Positions 1-9,056 of a DNA stretch of 64,000 bases are shown piece by piece. Each line of letters starts with the position of its first letter. Position 1 is the first letter of the stretch. Under the pieces are notes generated by a model. That model searched no databases. It saw only the letters and a list, made by a program, of their open reading frames with translations, and was not told where the DNA came from. The position numbers and the translations under genes are program-made. This stretch comes from Synechococcales cyanobacterium VAR_4_metabat_354 (GTDB lineage: Bacteria; Cyanobacteriota; Cyanobacteriia; Cyanobacteriales; Chamaesiphonaceae). Location of the stretch: assembly GCA_031414775.1 (NCBI GenBank), contig JANOQI010000016.1:32001-96000 (forward strand), written 5' to 3'.

Positions 1-8
1 ACAACCGT

Positions 9-317
9 ATGACTAGCAGCGAAATTAGCTATACCGAAGCACAGAGTAATTTAAGCGTTCTGCTCGATCGCGTAGCAGATAGCAAAGATATTATCATAGT
101 CAAACGAGACGGCACCGATAAAAACGTCGCTCTCATTGCCGAAACAGATCTCTTAGAAACGGTCTATCTACTGAGATCTCCCGCCAATGCAACTCGATTG
201 CATCGGGCGATCGATCGAGCCAAACAAAGAGATCTCCAAGGCTACCGACTTTCAGAGCCAGAGAATTCATTGCAATCGATCTCTGCATTGTGCGAGGAGT
301 TAGGAATTGTCCGCTAA
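9..317 (+). CDS. Phd/YefM family antitoxin
   Basis: ISYTEAQSNLSVLLDRV..IIIVKR..NVALIA..LLETVYLLRSPANATRL is typical of YefM antitoxins. Confidence 0.85.
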   Translation: MTSSEISYTEAQSNLSVLLDRVADSKDIIIVKRDGTDKNVALIAETDLLETVYLLRSPANATRLHRAIDRAKQRDLQGYRLSEPENSLQSISALCEELGIVR

Positions 318-441
318 AAAGAAAGATAAGAATCGCTCCAAAAATTCTCAATCAGAAATAATTATCATTCAAAGGCAAATTATTTTTGATGAAGATTTTC
401 GAGAATCGAACAGCTTGCCGTCTGTGACAGCAATCGCATAG
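307..441 (+). pseudogene. Truncated Txe/YoeB-like toxin (N-terminal stub)
   Basis: TTG start overlaps the antitoxin end, with GAGGAG upstream; reads (M)SAKKKDKNRSKNSQSEIIIIQRQIIFDEDFRE, then unrelated residues and TAG; resembles the Lys-rich start of cyanobacterial YoeB up to F..FREDL. Confidence 0.55.
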
Positions 442-509
442 GTGCGGTCGGCAATCAACACCAGAGCAGGATGTTAAAATTGATGCTTAAATCATCATGG
501 AGTAGCAAT

Positions 510-1115
510 ATGGCAATTAGTCAGAGTCCAGATGAGTGGTACCAAGCACATTGGCAAGAATTAAAGGAATATGTTGGTGAATGGATTGCATACTCCAAAG
601 ATGGAGTAATTTCTCACGATCGTGATTATCTGACAATGATTGCTCAAGTTAAACTCGATCCATTGGAATACATTATCGAACGAATTTATGAAAACGAATT
701 TGTTGAGCCAATCAAGATTTATCCTGTCAGATTTAGAACTGTCAAAGCCAGCGATTGGCAACCTAAATATTCAGTCACGCTCAGTTATCAGAATATTCGA
801 CAGCTAAAAATCCTAGTTGATTCCGGTGCTGATTTTTGTTTGATGCCAAAACAGTTAGGCATCGATCTAGGTTATGGTGTAGGCACAGAAGAGGTAATGT
901 CTAAAGCTGAAGGGGTGGGTGGAGAGGTAGATTACGTGCTTAGAAGAGTAAACGTGTCGATCGATAGTTATGCTTTAACTGTGCCGATTGCTTGGCTCCA
1001 AACTGATGATACTGTCGAATGTTTGTTAGGACGAGAAGTAGTGTTCGACAATTTTGATATTGAATTCAAGCAACGCGATCGACAAATTATCTTTAAATAT
1101 AGAGATAATAGTTAA
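510..1115 (+). CDS. Retropepsin-like aspartic protease with N-terminal DUF5678-like domain
   Basis: ILVDSGADFCLMP and CLLGREVVFDNFDIEF motifs; N-terminal EWYQAH..LKEYVGEWIAY; ATG 510 follows GGAG (ORF track starts at 471). Confidence 0.75.
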   Translation: MAISQSPDEWYQAHWQELKEYVGEWIAYSKDGVISHDRDYLTMIAQVKLDPLEYIIERIYENEFVEPIKIYPVRFRTVKASDWQPKYSVTLSYQNIRQLKILVDSGADFCLMPKQLGIDLGYGVGTEEVMSKAEGVGGEVDYVLRRVNVSIDSYALTVPIAWLQTDDTVECLLGREVVFDNFDIEFKQRDRQIIFKYRDNS

Positions 1116-1190
1116 TACATCTGTACGAATAAATGTGGCGTTGTAGAATGGGATCTACCTGAAACTATGTGAGTGGGATTTCTCCTTGTT

Positions 1191-1386
1191 GGTTGGGTTG
1201 AGCCTCGAAACCCAACAGTCCCAGTGTTTGAGGCTCATTCGCGTAGCACACCGGAGGTAATCGTTGGCGCAGCCTACCGTTAGGTAATCGCCATTGAAGA
1301 GTATTTTTATACCGTGCCAAAATTATTGGTCGATCGTGTAGTATACCGGACGCAATCGACATCAATGATGTTGGGTTTCGCTGAGG
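1191..1386. repeat. Cluster of short REP-like palindromic and direct repeats
   Basis: GTTGGGTTGAGCCTCGAAACCCAACA at 1192-1217 with an inverted partial copy TGTTGGGTTTCG at 1369-1380; three related ~23-mers at 1241-1263, 1267-1290 and 1336-1358. Confidence 0.6.
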
Positions 1387-1692
1387 TATGATCGATTGTT
1401 TGCGATGTGATGCAAATATCTAAAAATTACATATTTACGCCAAAAATAGTTTTGAGGGCAGATTGAACAGGAACTCGATCGCTATGAAGAGATTGATAAT
1501 TATTTGAGCTTCGTGAACCGTACCATGCTGACGAGCTGTGGCAATACGTTCAATTTAATGTAGACCATGTGATGCCATTATCATTACCCAACAATCCTAG
1601 TGCCAGTATTGAGCACGATAGATTGCCAAACCAGGAATTTATTCGTTACATTTATTAATAATTCTCTGTTAAATGCAAAACCTTTAGCTGCC

Positions 1693-2751
1693 ATGCCTGA
1701 TACTCTCACCAAGCTCGCCTACCAAAACCTTCAGCAAGGCAAAAATTACTTGAGCTTTGCGCACAAAACCTTAGCCAACCAAATATGGAAGATGATTGTA
1801 CCCAACGATCGTCCGGTGATTCCAGTACCGCCACACCTCATCCCTCTATTACAACAGCGCGTTAATGACATGTTAGCGATCGATTGGCAAGATGCTGAAG
1901 ATGGAGTGTACCCTCAGAGTTTGCTATTTGATGAACCTTGGTTAGATTACTTGCTGCAATATCCATTATTGTGGCTAGATACCCCCAGCATATGGAAAAG
2001 AGTCGATCAGAAGAAATATCAGGATTTTGACAGTTCGATCGATACCACCGAATATCCCAGTTACTACATTCAGAATTTTCATCACCAAACCAACGGCTAT
2101 CTCAGTGATTCTTCGGCCAATCTCTACGACTTGCAAGTCGGAATTTTGTTTGGTGGAGCCGCCGATGCCATGCGCCGCCGAGTATTAGCACCGCTCAAAG
2201 CCAGTTTAAACAATTTCCCGGCGGTGCCAGCTAAACAAATACGCATTTTAGATGCAGCCTGTGGCACCGCTCGCACCCTGCAAGCAATGCGCGCTATGCT
2301 CCCCCAAGCCTCATTATTTGGGATCGATCTCTCTGCGGCTTATCTGCGCAAAGCTAGCCAATCACTCTCCCAAATATCCGGTGAATTACCACAGCTGATG
2401 CAAGGCAACATCGAAGAATTACCCTACATCGATAATTACTTCCATGCCATTACCTGCGTCTTTTCGTTCCATGAGCTGCCGCCAGCCGCGCGGCAAAAAG
2501 CGATCGAAGAGTGTTTCCGAGTCTTAAAACCCGGTGGTACCTTCATTATCTGTGACTCCATTCAAGTGCCTGATTCTCCAGAATTTGAGCCGATTATGAC
2601 CGCTTTTCAAAATACCTTCCATGAGCCTTACTACCAGAGCTACATGCAAGATAATTTGATCGATCGACTAACCAACGCTGGATTTGACTCTGTGCAACCC
2701 AACCAAGTTCACTTCATGAGTAAATATTTAATTGCTACTAAAGCAGCATAG
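1693..2751 (+). CDS. Class I SAM-dependent methyltransferase
   Basis: ILDAACGTA motif I, GIDLS, FHELP, RVLKPGG; conserved YYIQNFHHQTNGYLS; likely ATG 1693. Confidence 0.85.
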   Translation: MPDTLTKLAYQNLQQGKNYLSFAHKTLANQIWKMIVPNDRPVIPVPPHLIPLLQQRVNDMLAIDWQDAEDGVYPQSLLFDEPWLDYLLQYPLLWLDTPSIWKRVDQKKYQDFDSSIDTTEYPSYYIQNFHHQTNGYLSDSSANLYDLQVGILFGGAADAMRRRVLAPLKASLNNFPAVPAKQIRILDAACGTARTLQAMRAMLPQASLFGIDLSAAYLRKASQSLSQISGELPQLMQGNIEELPYIDNYFHAITCVFSFHELPPAARQKAIEECFRVLKPGGTFIICDSIQVPDSPEFEPIMTAFQNTFHEPYYQSYMQDNLIDRLTNAGFDSVQPNQVHFMSKYLIATKAA

Positions 2752-2849
2752 TAGTTAAACATTTAGTGGCTAAAAATTTTCGTTACAACTCATCGGTAAA
2801 GCTATAGAAAAAGACTTAGATTAGTGAAGTAGCACAAGTTTTCAAATTC

Positions 2850-3326
2850 ATGAACCCAAATATTACTAGCCCTCTTCCTCAACCAACAGATAGTGAATCA
2901 GCCACAGAATTAATAGATATCCAGTATATTGATGTAATCGAAACAGTGATTGGCAGCCTCGACCCCACCAAAACAGCAATGGTCAGCCATGACAAAGATG
3001 GCTACGTCTGGAAATTCACCTACGGTAGTGTCGAGATTTTTGTTCAGCTCACCGGTAAAACTGATGATGATGTGCTGACAATTTGGTCATATATCTTGAA
3101 TTTACCAAGGCAGCATCAGCCAGAGCTAATGCAAAAACTGCTGCAAATGAACTGGGATAGCACCTTAGAAGCAAGATTTGCGATCGTCGATACTCAGGTC
3201 GTTGTGATGTCCACCCGCACAGTAGCAGAATTATCACCCGGGGAAATTTCTCGGGCAATCACTCTGGTGGCGAATGTAGCTGATGACAATGACGACGACC
3301 TCAAAGCCGCCTTTCCAGCAATTTAG
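2850..3326 (+). CDS. YbjN domain-containing protein
   Basis: WKFTYGSVEIFVQLTG, LSPGEISRAITLVA; conserved cyanobacterial family. Confidence 0.75.
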   Translation: MNPNITSPLPQPTDSESATELIDIQYIDVIETVIGSLDPTKTAMVSHDKDGYVWKFTYGSVEIFVQLTGKTDDDVLTIWSYILNLPRQHQPELMQKLLQMNWDSTLEARFAIVDTQVVVMSTRTVAELSPGEISRAITLVANVADDNDDDLKAAFPAI

Positions 3327-3344
3327 CAATATCTGGGCAATATC

Positions 3345-3380
3345 AAAAAGGGAGAAGTGATATTAATCGCTTCTCCCTTT
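3345..3380. terminator. Probable bidirectional intrinsic terminator
   Basis: AAAGGGAGAAGTGAT...ATCGCTTCTCCCTTT hairpin between convergent genes. Confidence 0.7.
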
Positions 3381-3419
3381 AGCTTTATTTAATAAATCAA
3401 ACTAATTAATTAATCAGAC

Positions 3420-4790
3420 CTAGACCGCTACGGCGGGAACTGCTGACCTTAAAACTTTACCGCTATCATCAACAATCACTCGATCGATCTTAGCTCCTAA
3501 GTTCCGCAATTTTTGTTCAATATTCTCGTAGCCGCGATCGAGATGGTGTAAACCTTCCACCGTAGTCATTCCTTCTGCGAACAAACCAGCAATCACTAGA
3601 GCCGCTGAAGCTCTTAAGTCTGTAGCCATCACCGTCGCCCCAGTAAGTTTTTCTACACCCTGGATAATCGCCTTGTTTCCTTGCACCTGGATATTGGCAC
3701 CCATCCGCTGGAGTTCCGCCACATGTTGAAGGCGGTTTTCAAAGACCGTCTCGGTAATCACACTATTCCCAGCCGAAATAGCCAGCAGTGCCATAAACTG
3801 TGCTTGCATATCAGTAGGAAAATCTGGGTAAGGCAAGGTTTCAATATTCACCCCAGTTAAGTTCTTAGGAGGCAACACCCGCATTCTAGAACCCTCCGTG
3901 ACCACTTCCACCCCAATTTCAGCCAACTTAGCAATTGCCGCCGACAGATGCAGGGGCACTACGGGGAAAAGACTGATTTCAGAACGCATCATAGCGCCAG
4001 CTACTAAAAAAGTAGCCGCTTCTACCCGATCAGGAATCACATCATACTCAGTGCTATGCAGCTTTTCCACACCTTGAATCACAATGCGCTCGGTGCCAGC
4101 ACCAACAATCTTGGCTCCCATCGAAATACAAAAATCAGCTAAATCTACAACTTCTGGTTCTTTAGCCGCGTTGTCAATAATAGTCTCGCCATCAGCCAAA
4201 GTCGCCGCCATCATCAAGGTTTCGGTAGCACCTACACTCGGATAATCCAAATGAATTTTGGCACCTTGGAGCCGCCCATTAGGGCTAGTCGCTTTAGCAT
4301 GAACTTCGCCATGCTTAATTTCCACGGTGGCACCTAGAGCCTGTAAACCTTTGATATGTATTTTTACTGGTCGATCACCGATCGAACAACCCCCCGGCAA
4401 AGGAACTTGCGCTTCTCCTTGACGCGCCAAAATAGGGCCTACTGCAAAAAAAGCTGCTCGCAGCTTAGAAACCAATTCATAAGGGGCACTAAAACCAGTC
4501 ACTACGCTCGCATCAAAATCGATCGTATTGCCTTGACGTTTGACCTTAATTCCCAAGGACTCAATGATTTGACACATCTTACCAACGTCGGCGAGAGCAG
4601 GGATATTGTTAATGCGACAATCACCAGTACACAGTACCGCCCCAGCCATTAATACTAAAGCCGAATTCTTCGCACCACTAATTTGTACTTCTCCTGCTAG
4701 AGGATGCTGGCCCCAAATATGTAAAACAGACTTTTCGGTAGGTGAGGCCATAGATTTATAAGTTAGGCTATTAATGGGTTTGTCTTTCAT
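3420..4790 (-). CDS. murA: UDP-N-acetylglucosamine 1-carboxyvinyltransferase
   Basis: [20 protein letters not shown] (catalytic Cys), [18 protein letters not shown]; alternative start 4751. Confidence 0.97.
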   Translation of the reverse strand: MKDKPINSLTYKSMASPTEKSVLHIWGQHPLAGEVQISGAKNSALVLMAGAVLCTGDCRINNIPALADVGKMCQIIESLGIKVKRQGNTIDFDASVVTGFSAPYELVSKLRAAFFAVGPILARQGEAQVPLPGGCSIGDRPVKIHIKGLQALGATVEIKHGEVHAKATSPNGRLQGAKIHLDYPSVGATETLMMAATLADGETIIDNAAKEPEVVDLADFCISMGAKIVGAGTERIVIQGVEKLHSTEYDVIPDRVEAATFLVAGAMMRSEISLFPVVPLHLSAAIAKLAEIGVEVVTEGSRMRVLPPKNLTGVNIETLPYPDFPTDMQAQFMALLAISAGNSVITETVFENRLQHVAELQRMGANIQVQGNKAIIQGVEKLTGATVMATDLRASAALVIAGLFAEGMTTVEGLHHLDRGYENIEQKLRNLGAKIDRVIVDDSGKVLRSAVPAVAV

Positions 4791-5027
4791 TCAGAATGTA
4801 ACAGCGGCTGAATTTTAATAATTCGAGCTATGTTCTACAAGAAAATCGATTTGCAGTATTGGTTTTTCATACGTCATGTTCTATTACAATCGCTTTGCCG
4901 CCGGACAAGCTGTTAACTGTAATACTTTTTATTGATAACTAGTATACCTAGATGTTAAAAAGAAAATATTTTTATTTCATCAATCCTCAGTAAAATCACG
5001 TAGTGTACAGCATTAACGGCTAAGATA

Positions 5028-6311
5028 CTATAAAAATTCTCGATTGAGATATTTGCGTAGTACGCTGGGCACGACCACAGTACCATCGGGTTGCTGATAA
5101 TTCTCCAAAACTGCTGCCATAGTACGACCCACGGCTAATCCAGAACCATTTAAGGTATGAACAAACTGTGTACCTTTTTTGCCAACTTCTTTATAGCGAA
5201 TATCTGCCCGTCGAGCTTGAAAATCGTAGAAGTTAGAGCAACTAGAAATCTCTCGATATTTGCCAGCAGAAGGCAACCAAACTTCTAAGTCATAGCACTT
5301 AGCAGCACTGAAGCCCATATCACCAGTACATAGTTCAACCACTCGATATGGTAGCTGTAAAGCTTGGAGAATTGCTTCGGCATTTTGCACTAATTTTTGG
5401 TGTTCCTGCTCAGAAGTTTCTGGCAGCACAAACTTCACCAACTCAATTTTGTTGAATTGATGCAGTCTAATTAATCCCCTAGTATCACGGCCATAACTAC
5501 CCGCTTCTCGCCGAAAGCAGGGGGTGTAGGCACAGTGATAGATCGGCAGTTGGCTCAGGTCTAAAATTTCACCGCGATAGAGATTAGTAACCGGGACTTC
5601 GGCGGTGGGAGTCAGCCACAGGTCGTCATTCTCACATTTAAAGCTTTCTTCACCGAACTTCGGTAACTGGCCAGTGGCTGTCAGCGAAGCAGTATTTACC
5701 AGTACAGGTGGGCTGATTTCGGTATAGCCTGCCTGGATTTGCTGATCGAGCATGAAGCTAATCAAGGCTCTCTCTAGAGCCGCGCCAGCCCCAATCAGGG
5801 TCACAAAGCGAGCTTGGGCAATTTTAGTACTACGTTCAAAATTTAATATGCCGAGCTTGTCACCAATTTCCCAGTGGGGTAACAACTGGTCGCTATTTTT
5901 GGGAATCAGTTCGTCACCCCAGCGGCGTACTTCCACATTTTGATCTTCGCTAGCACCATCGGGGGTACTAGGGCTGGGCAGATTAGGCAATTGCAGCAAG
6001 ATGATTTCCATCTGCTGTTTAATTCCCCGTTCTTGGGGTTCTAGTTCGGATAGTTGGGCTTTGACTTGATTACCTTCTTCCTTGAGGCTGATAATTTCGG
6101 GACTGGTGGGTGCAGTACCAGATCGCATTAGCTCGCCGACAGTTTTACCAATTTCGTTACTACGTGCTTGCAATTCACTGCGCCGCAGTTCGATCGATCG
6201 CTGCTGTTGATCCAATTCTACTAAGGGCTGCAAATTGTGATCGCCATGGCGGCGATCCAACTGAGCTTGCACAACGGTGGGATTTTCCCTGATTTTTTTG
6301 ATATCTAACAT
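5028..6311 (-). CDS. serS: Serine--tRNA ligase
   Basis: MLDIK start, [40 protein letters not shown]. Confidence 0.97.
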   Translation of the reverse strand: MLDIKKIRENPTVVQAQLDRRHGDHNLQPLVELDQQQRSIELRRSELQARSNEIGKTVGELMRSGTAPTSPEIISLKEEGNQVKAQLSELEPQERGIKQQMEIILLQLPNLPSPSTPDGASEDQNVEVRRWGDELIPKNSDQLLPHWEIGDKLGILNFERSTKIAQARFVTLIGAGAALERALISFMLDQQIQAGYTEISPPVLVNTASLTATGQLPKFGEESFKCENDDLWLTPTAEVPVTNLYRGEILDLSQLPIYHCAYTPCFRREAGSYGRDTRGLIRLHQFNKIELVKFVLPETSEQEHQKLVQNAEAILQALQLPYRVVELCTGDMGFSAAKCYDLEVWLPSAGKYREISSCSNFYDFQARRADIRYKEVGKKGTQFVHTLNGSGLAVGRTMAAVLENYQQPDGTVVVPSVLRKYLNREFL

Positions 6312-6377
6312 GACTAACCAGTCTTTTTTCCTCGCCAAGCTCTTATCCTAACTTGACTGGGGTCGAGAATCATCAAA

Positions 6378-6863
6378 TCAACAGCCCAAACTCTCTCTAG
6401 TTTCAACACCAGTCTGAGAATTTGTACCGGCAGCATTCTCACATAACAACTTGACTTGGGACCTGTCGATAATTGCATTGGTAAAGTCGGCACCAGTAAT
6501 TTTGGTGCCATAAAATCGCGATCTGGTCATAATGGCTTCCGCCAACACCGCATCTGTCAGATCAGCATTATCTAACGTTACTTGATCCAGTAAAGCGCCA
6601 GTTAGGTTAGCACCATGCAAATTAGCTTCCAGTAAAACGCCTTTGGTGAAAATAGCATTGGTCAAATCGGCCTTGCTAAAGTTGACCCCACGCATTTCAG
6701 CCGCTAAGAACACGCCTCCCACTAATTTATTCCCGGCAAAATCTCTGCCCTTCAGATCGATGTGGCTGTAATTTTGCAGTGCCGCAGCGGCTGGAGCGGT
6801 AGCCAATACTAAAAACAAACACAGTCCAGCTATGATTTTGCCGATTTTTTGCCTACAATTCAT
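6378..6863 (-). CDS. Exported pentapeptide repeat protein
   Basis: Signal peptide, A(D/N)LxxA repeats, C-terminal LC..GTN..TGVETRESLGC. Confidence 0.85.
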   Translation of the reverse strand: MNCRQKIGKIIAGLCLFLVLATAPAAAALQNYSHIDLKGRDFAGNKLVGGVFLAAEMRGVNFSKADLTNAIFTKGVLLEANLHGANLTGALLDQVTLDNADLTDAVLAEAIMTRSRFYGTKITGADFTNAIIDRSQVKLLCENAAGTNSQTGVETRESLGC

Positions 6864-6866
6864 AGG

Positions 6867-7088
6867 TCAATCCAGCTTCTCAAAAGATGAAACATTGAAG
6901 ACTTTACCTATCATGGCCGCCGTCATCGCGTCATCATCGACCGCCCCAGAAACTTTCACCTTGAGGCCAATATGGCGCAAATCGCGCGGACAGTCGAGCA
7001 ACTCATAGGTGGTGCCGTCGGTGGCAATTAAGGCCCAGGCTCCCATCCCAATATCTTTCTTTTCGATTGTGCCGGTCACCGTTACCAT
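6867..7088 (-). CDS. Small conserved hypothetical protein
   Basis: 73 aa, translationally coupled to the S8 peptidase; GTIEKKDIGMGAWAL..TYEL..MTAAMIG. Confidence 0.7.
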   Translation of the reverse strand: MVTVTGTIEKKDIGMGAWALIATDGTTYELLDCPRDLRHIGLKVKVSGAVDDDAMTAAMIGKVFNVSSFEKLD

Positions 7089-8863
7089 TAAGCTTCTACC
7101 TCAGATTTCACTGCAAACCGGGCGATCCAAAAACAGAGCAAGGCGTTGATCGCCAGAAATGCTCTAGCGAACATGCTATCACCCATCATCCACACTTGCG
7201 GAGAATAAACAGCATTCACAGCTAGACAGGCCGCCGCCCCCAAGCTGAGGCCGATCGCGAACTGTTTACCAACCTTATTAGACCAGAGCACCACCAACAC
7301 AACAGCAGGCAGCACCACACTGGCAAATAGTGGATTCAAAATACCATTGCCAGCGATCGCATTGCCTAATTCTGGCAAGGAGCTACCCAAGACCCGAAAG
7401 GGAGCCTGGGGCAAGTCGAAGATATATAAACCGCGTAGGAAGAACAGACCACTACTCCCGGCCACCAGACCGCTCGATAAAGCCATTGTCCAAGAGAAAG
7501 GAAAAAGATTGCGAACTAAGAAAGCAAACAAGTAAGAACCAACTACCATCAAAATCTTGGGTAGCAATGCCACCGCCCCACCATCAAACCAAAAACGCAG
7601 ATTGAGGTAGCCATTTTGATTCAGCCACTTGAAGAAATCATTAAAGGTAATTTGACCTTTGCCAGCCATCTGCACCGCAGCAGAGGCATCTAACTGGCCG
7701 GAACCATAATGGTTGAGCGGGTCGTTGGCGATCGATCGAACGGAGTTTTGCAACACTTGAAAAACTGCTTCCGGCTCTTTGATGCCTACCGATTTAATTA
7801 AAGCCGCGACACCGGCTACATGTGGTGCCGCCATACTGGTACCTTGCAAACCCAAAACTTGAGCCGGTCCACCATCGGGATCGATCGTTTCTTGCCAGAT
7901 CTTGCTACCGTGACCACCGCCAGGAGCCGCAATATCGACACCAGCTCCAAAGTTAGAAAATTCCGCTTTCTCGCCTTTGGCATCAAAGGCCGCTACCCCC
8001 AGTACATGGTTATAACGAGCCGGATAGGAAGCGGAGTTTTGATTTTCGTTACCAGCCGCCGCAATCACTACCACTCCTTTGCTGTAAGCGTAGTTGATCG
8101 CCTCTTTCATCAAGGAGCTTTCACCACCACCACCCAGGCTCATGTTGATTACATCAGCGCCATTATCCGCCGCAAATTTAATCGATTCCGCAATATCAGT
8201 AATAGTGCCGCCGCCGCTGGCCGATAGCACTTTCAGGGGCATAATCTTCGCTTCGTAGGCCACCCCGGCCACACCATAACCATTATTAGTAGACTGGGCA
8301 ACTGTCCCCGCCACATGGGTACCATGGCCATTATCATCATCGGCGGCAACACGGTTATTCACAAAATCGTAACCAGCCACGAATTCGGTTTTTTCTAAAT
8401 CGGTCACGCGACTCACGCCAGTATCAATAATGGCCACGGTCACACCCGCACCGCGATTATTTTCCCAGGCTTGCTCGGCATTAATGTTGTGCAAATGCCA
8501 CTGCTTACTGTATTCCGGGTCGTTGGGAGCTACGGAGCTGCGGTAAATATAATTGGGTTCGATCGATTCCACGTCTTTGAACAGATCTGGATCTTGGCGT
8601 TTTAACAAATCCAAGGTGGATCTATTGCCTTTGATCGTAAATAGATGGTCTGTGGCCGAGAATTCACTGTTGAGCTGGGGCTGAAGGCCAAACTTGTCCC
8701 GGAGCTGTCGCACCTGCGCATCAATTTCCACCGCCAGAATGTCTTCGCGGAAATCGATCGCCAGGGAATCAAACTCCCCTCTGGTGGCTAGACCTTGGAA
8801 ATTAGCCAAAGCCACTCCAATGCCCACAATAAACAAGCCGCACCAGAACAAGAATTTACGCAT
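7088..8863 (-). CDS. S8 subtilisin-like peptidase with C-terminal membrane domain
   Basis: IDTG, HGTHVAG and GTSMAAPHVAG catalytic triad motifs; hydrophobic C-terminus. Confidence 0.92.
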   Translation of the reverse strand: MRKFLFWCGLFIVGIGVALANFQGLATRGEFDSLAIDFREDILAVEIDAQVRQLRDKFGLQPQLNSEFSATDHLFTIKGNRSTLDLLKRQDPDLFKDVESIEPNYIYRSSVAPNDPEYSKQWHLHNINAEQAWENNRGAGVTVAIIDTGVSRVTDLEKTEFVAGYDFVNNRVAADDDNGHGTHVAGTVAQSTNNGYGVAGVAYEAKIMPLKVLSASGGGTITDIAESIKFAADNGADVINMSLGGGGESSLMKEAINYAYSKGVVVIAAAGNENQNSASYPARYNHVLGVAAFDAKGEKAEFSNFGAGVDIAAPGGGHGSKIWQETIDPDGGPAQVLGLQGTSMAAPHVAGVAALIKSVGIKEPEAVFQVLQNSVRSIANDPLNHYGSGQLDASAAVQMAGKGQITFNDFFKWLNQNGYLNLRFWFDGGAVALLPKILMVVGSYLFAFLVRNLFPFSWTMALSSGLVAGSSGLFFLRGLYIFDLPQAPFRVLGSSLPELGNAIAGNGILNPLFASVVLPAVVLVVLWSNKVGKQFAIGLSLGAAACLAVNAVYSPQVWMMGDSMFARAFLAINALLCFWIARFAVKSEVEA

Positions 8864-9004
8864 GATCGCTAGTTACAGTGAATGTATCCACCAGCATAGC
8901 TCAAGAAATCTCGATCGATCTCGACCAGAACCACTTCAAAATGATTTATCAAGATTAGACTTTTATAAATAAGTCTGCTGGACTTCGTTTTCGGACTTAT
9001 GATT

Positions 9005-9034
9005 CCCCCAAATCCCCCTGAAGAAGGGGGACTT
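9005..9034. repeat. Short palindromic dispersed repeat / hairpin between topA and the peptidase gene
   Basis: CCCCCAAATCCCCCTGAAGAAGGGGGACTT with stem TCCCCCT/AGGGGGA; resembles a repeat common in cyanobacterial intergenic DNA. Confidence 0.5.
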
Positions 9035-9056
9035 TGGATTTTAGAAACTAGCTAAA

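Noticed and set aside
1241..1358. Three ~23-bp repeats as a possible CRISPR array
   Set aside because: Repeats are degenerate, spacing is irregular (3 and 45 bp), and there are no cas genes in the window
1645..1662. GTTACATT-TA-TTAATAAT as an HLR1/RpaB site
   Set aside because: Second half-site is degenerate; cannot be supported without a TSS
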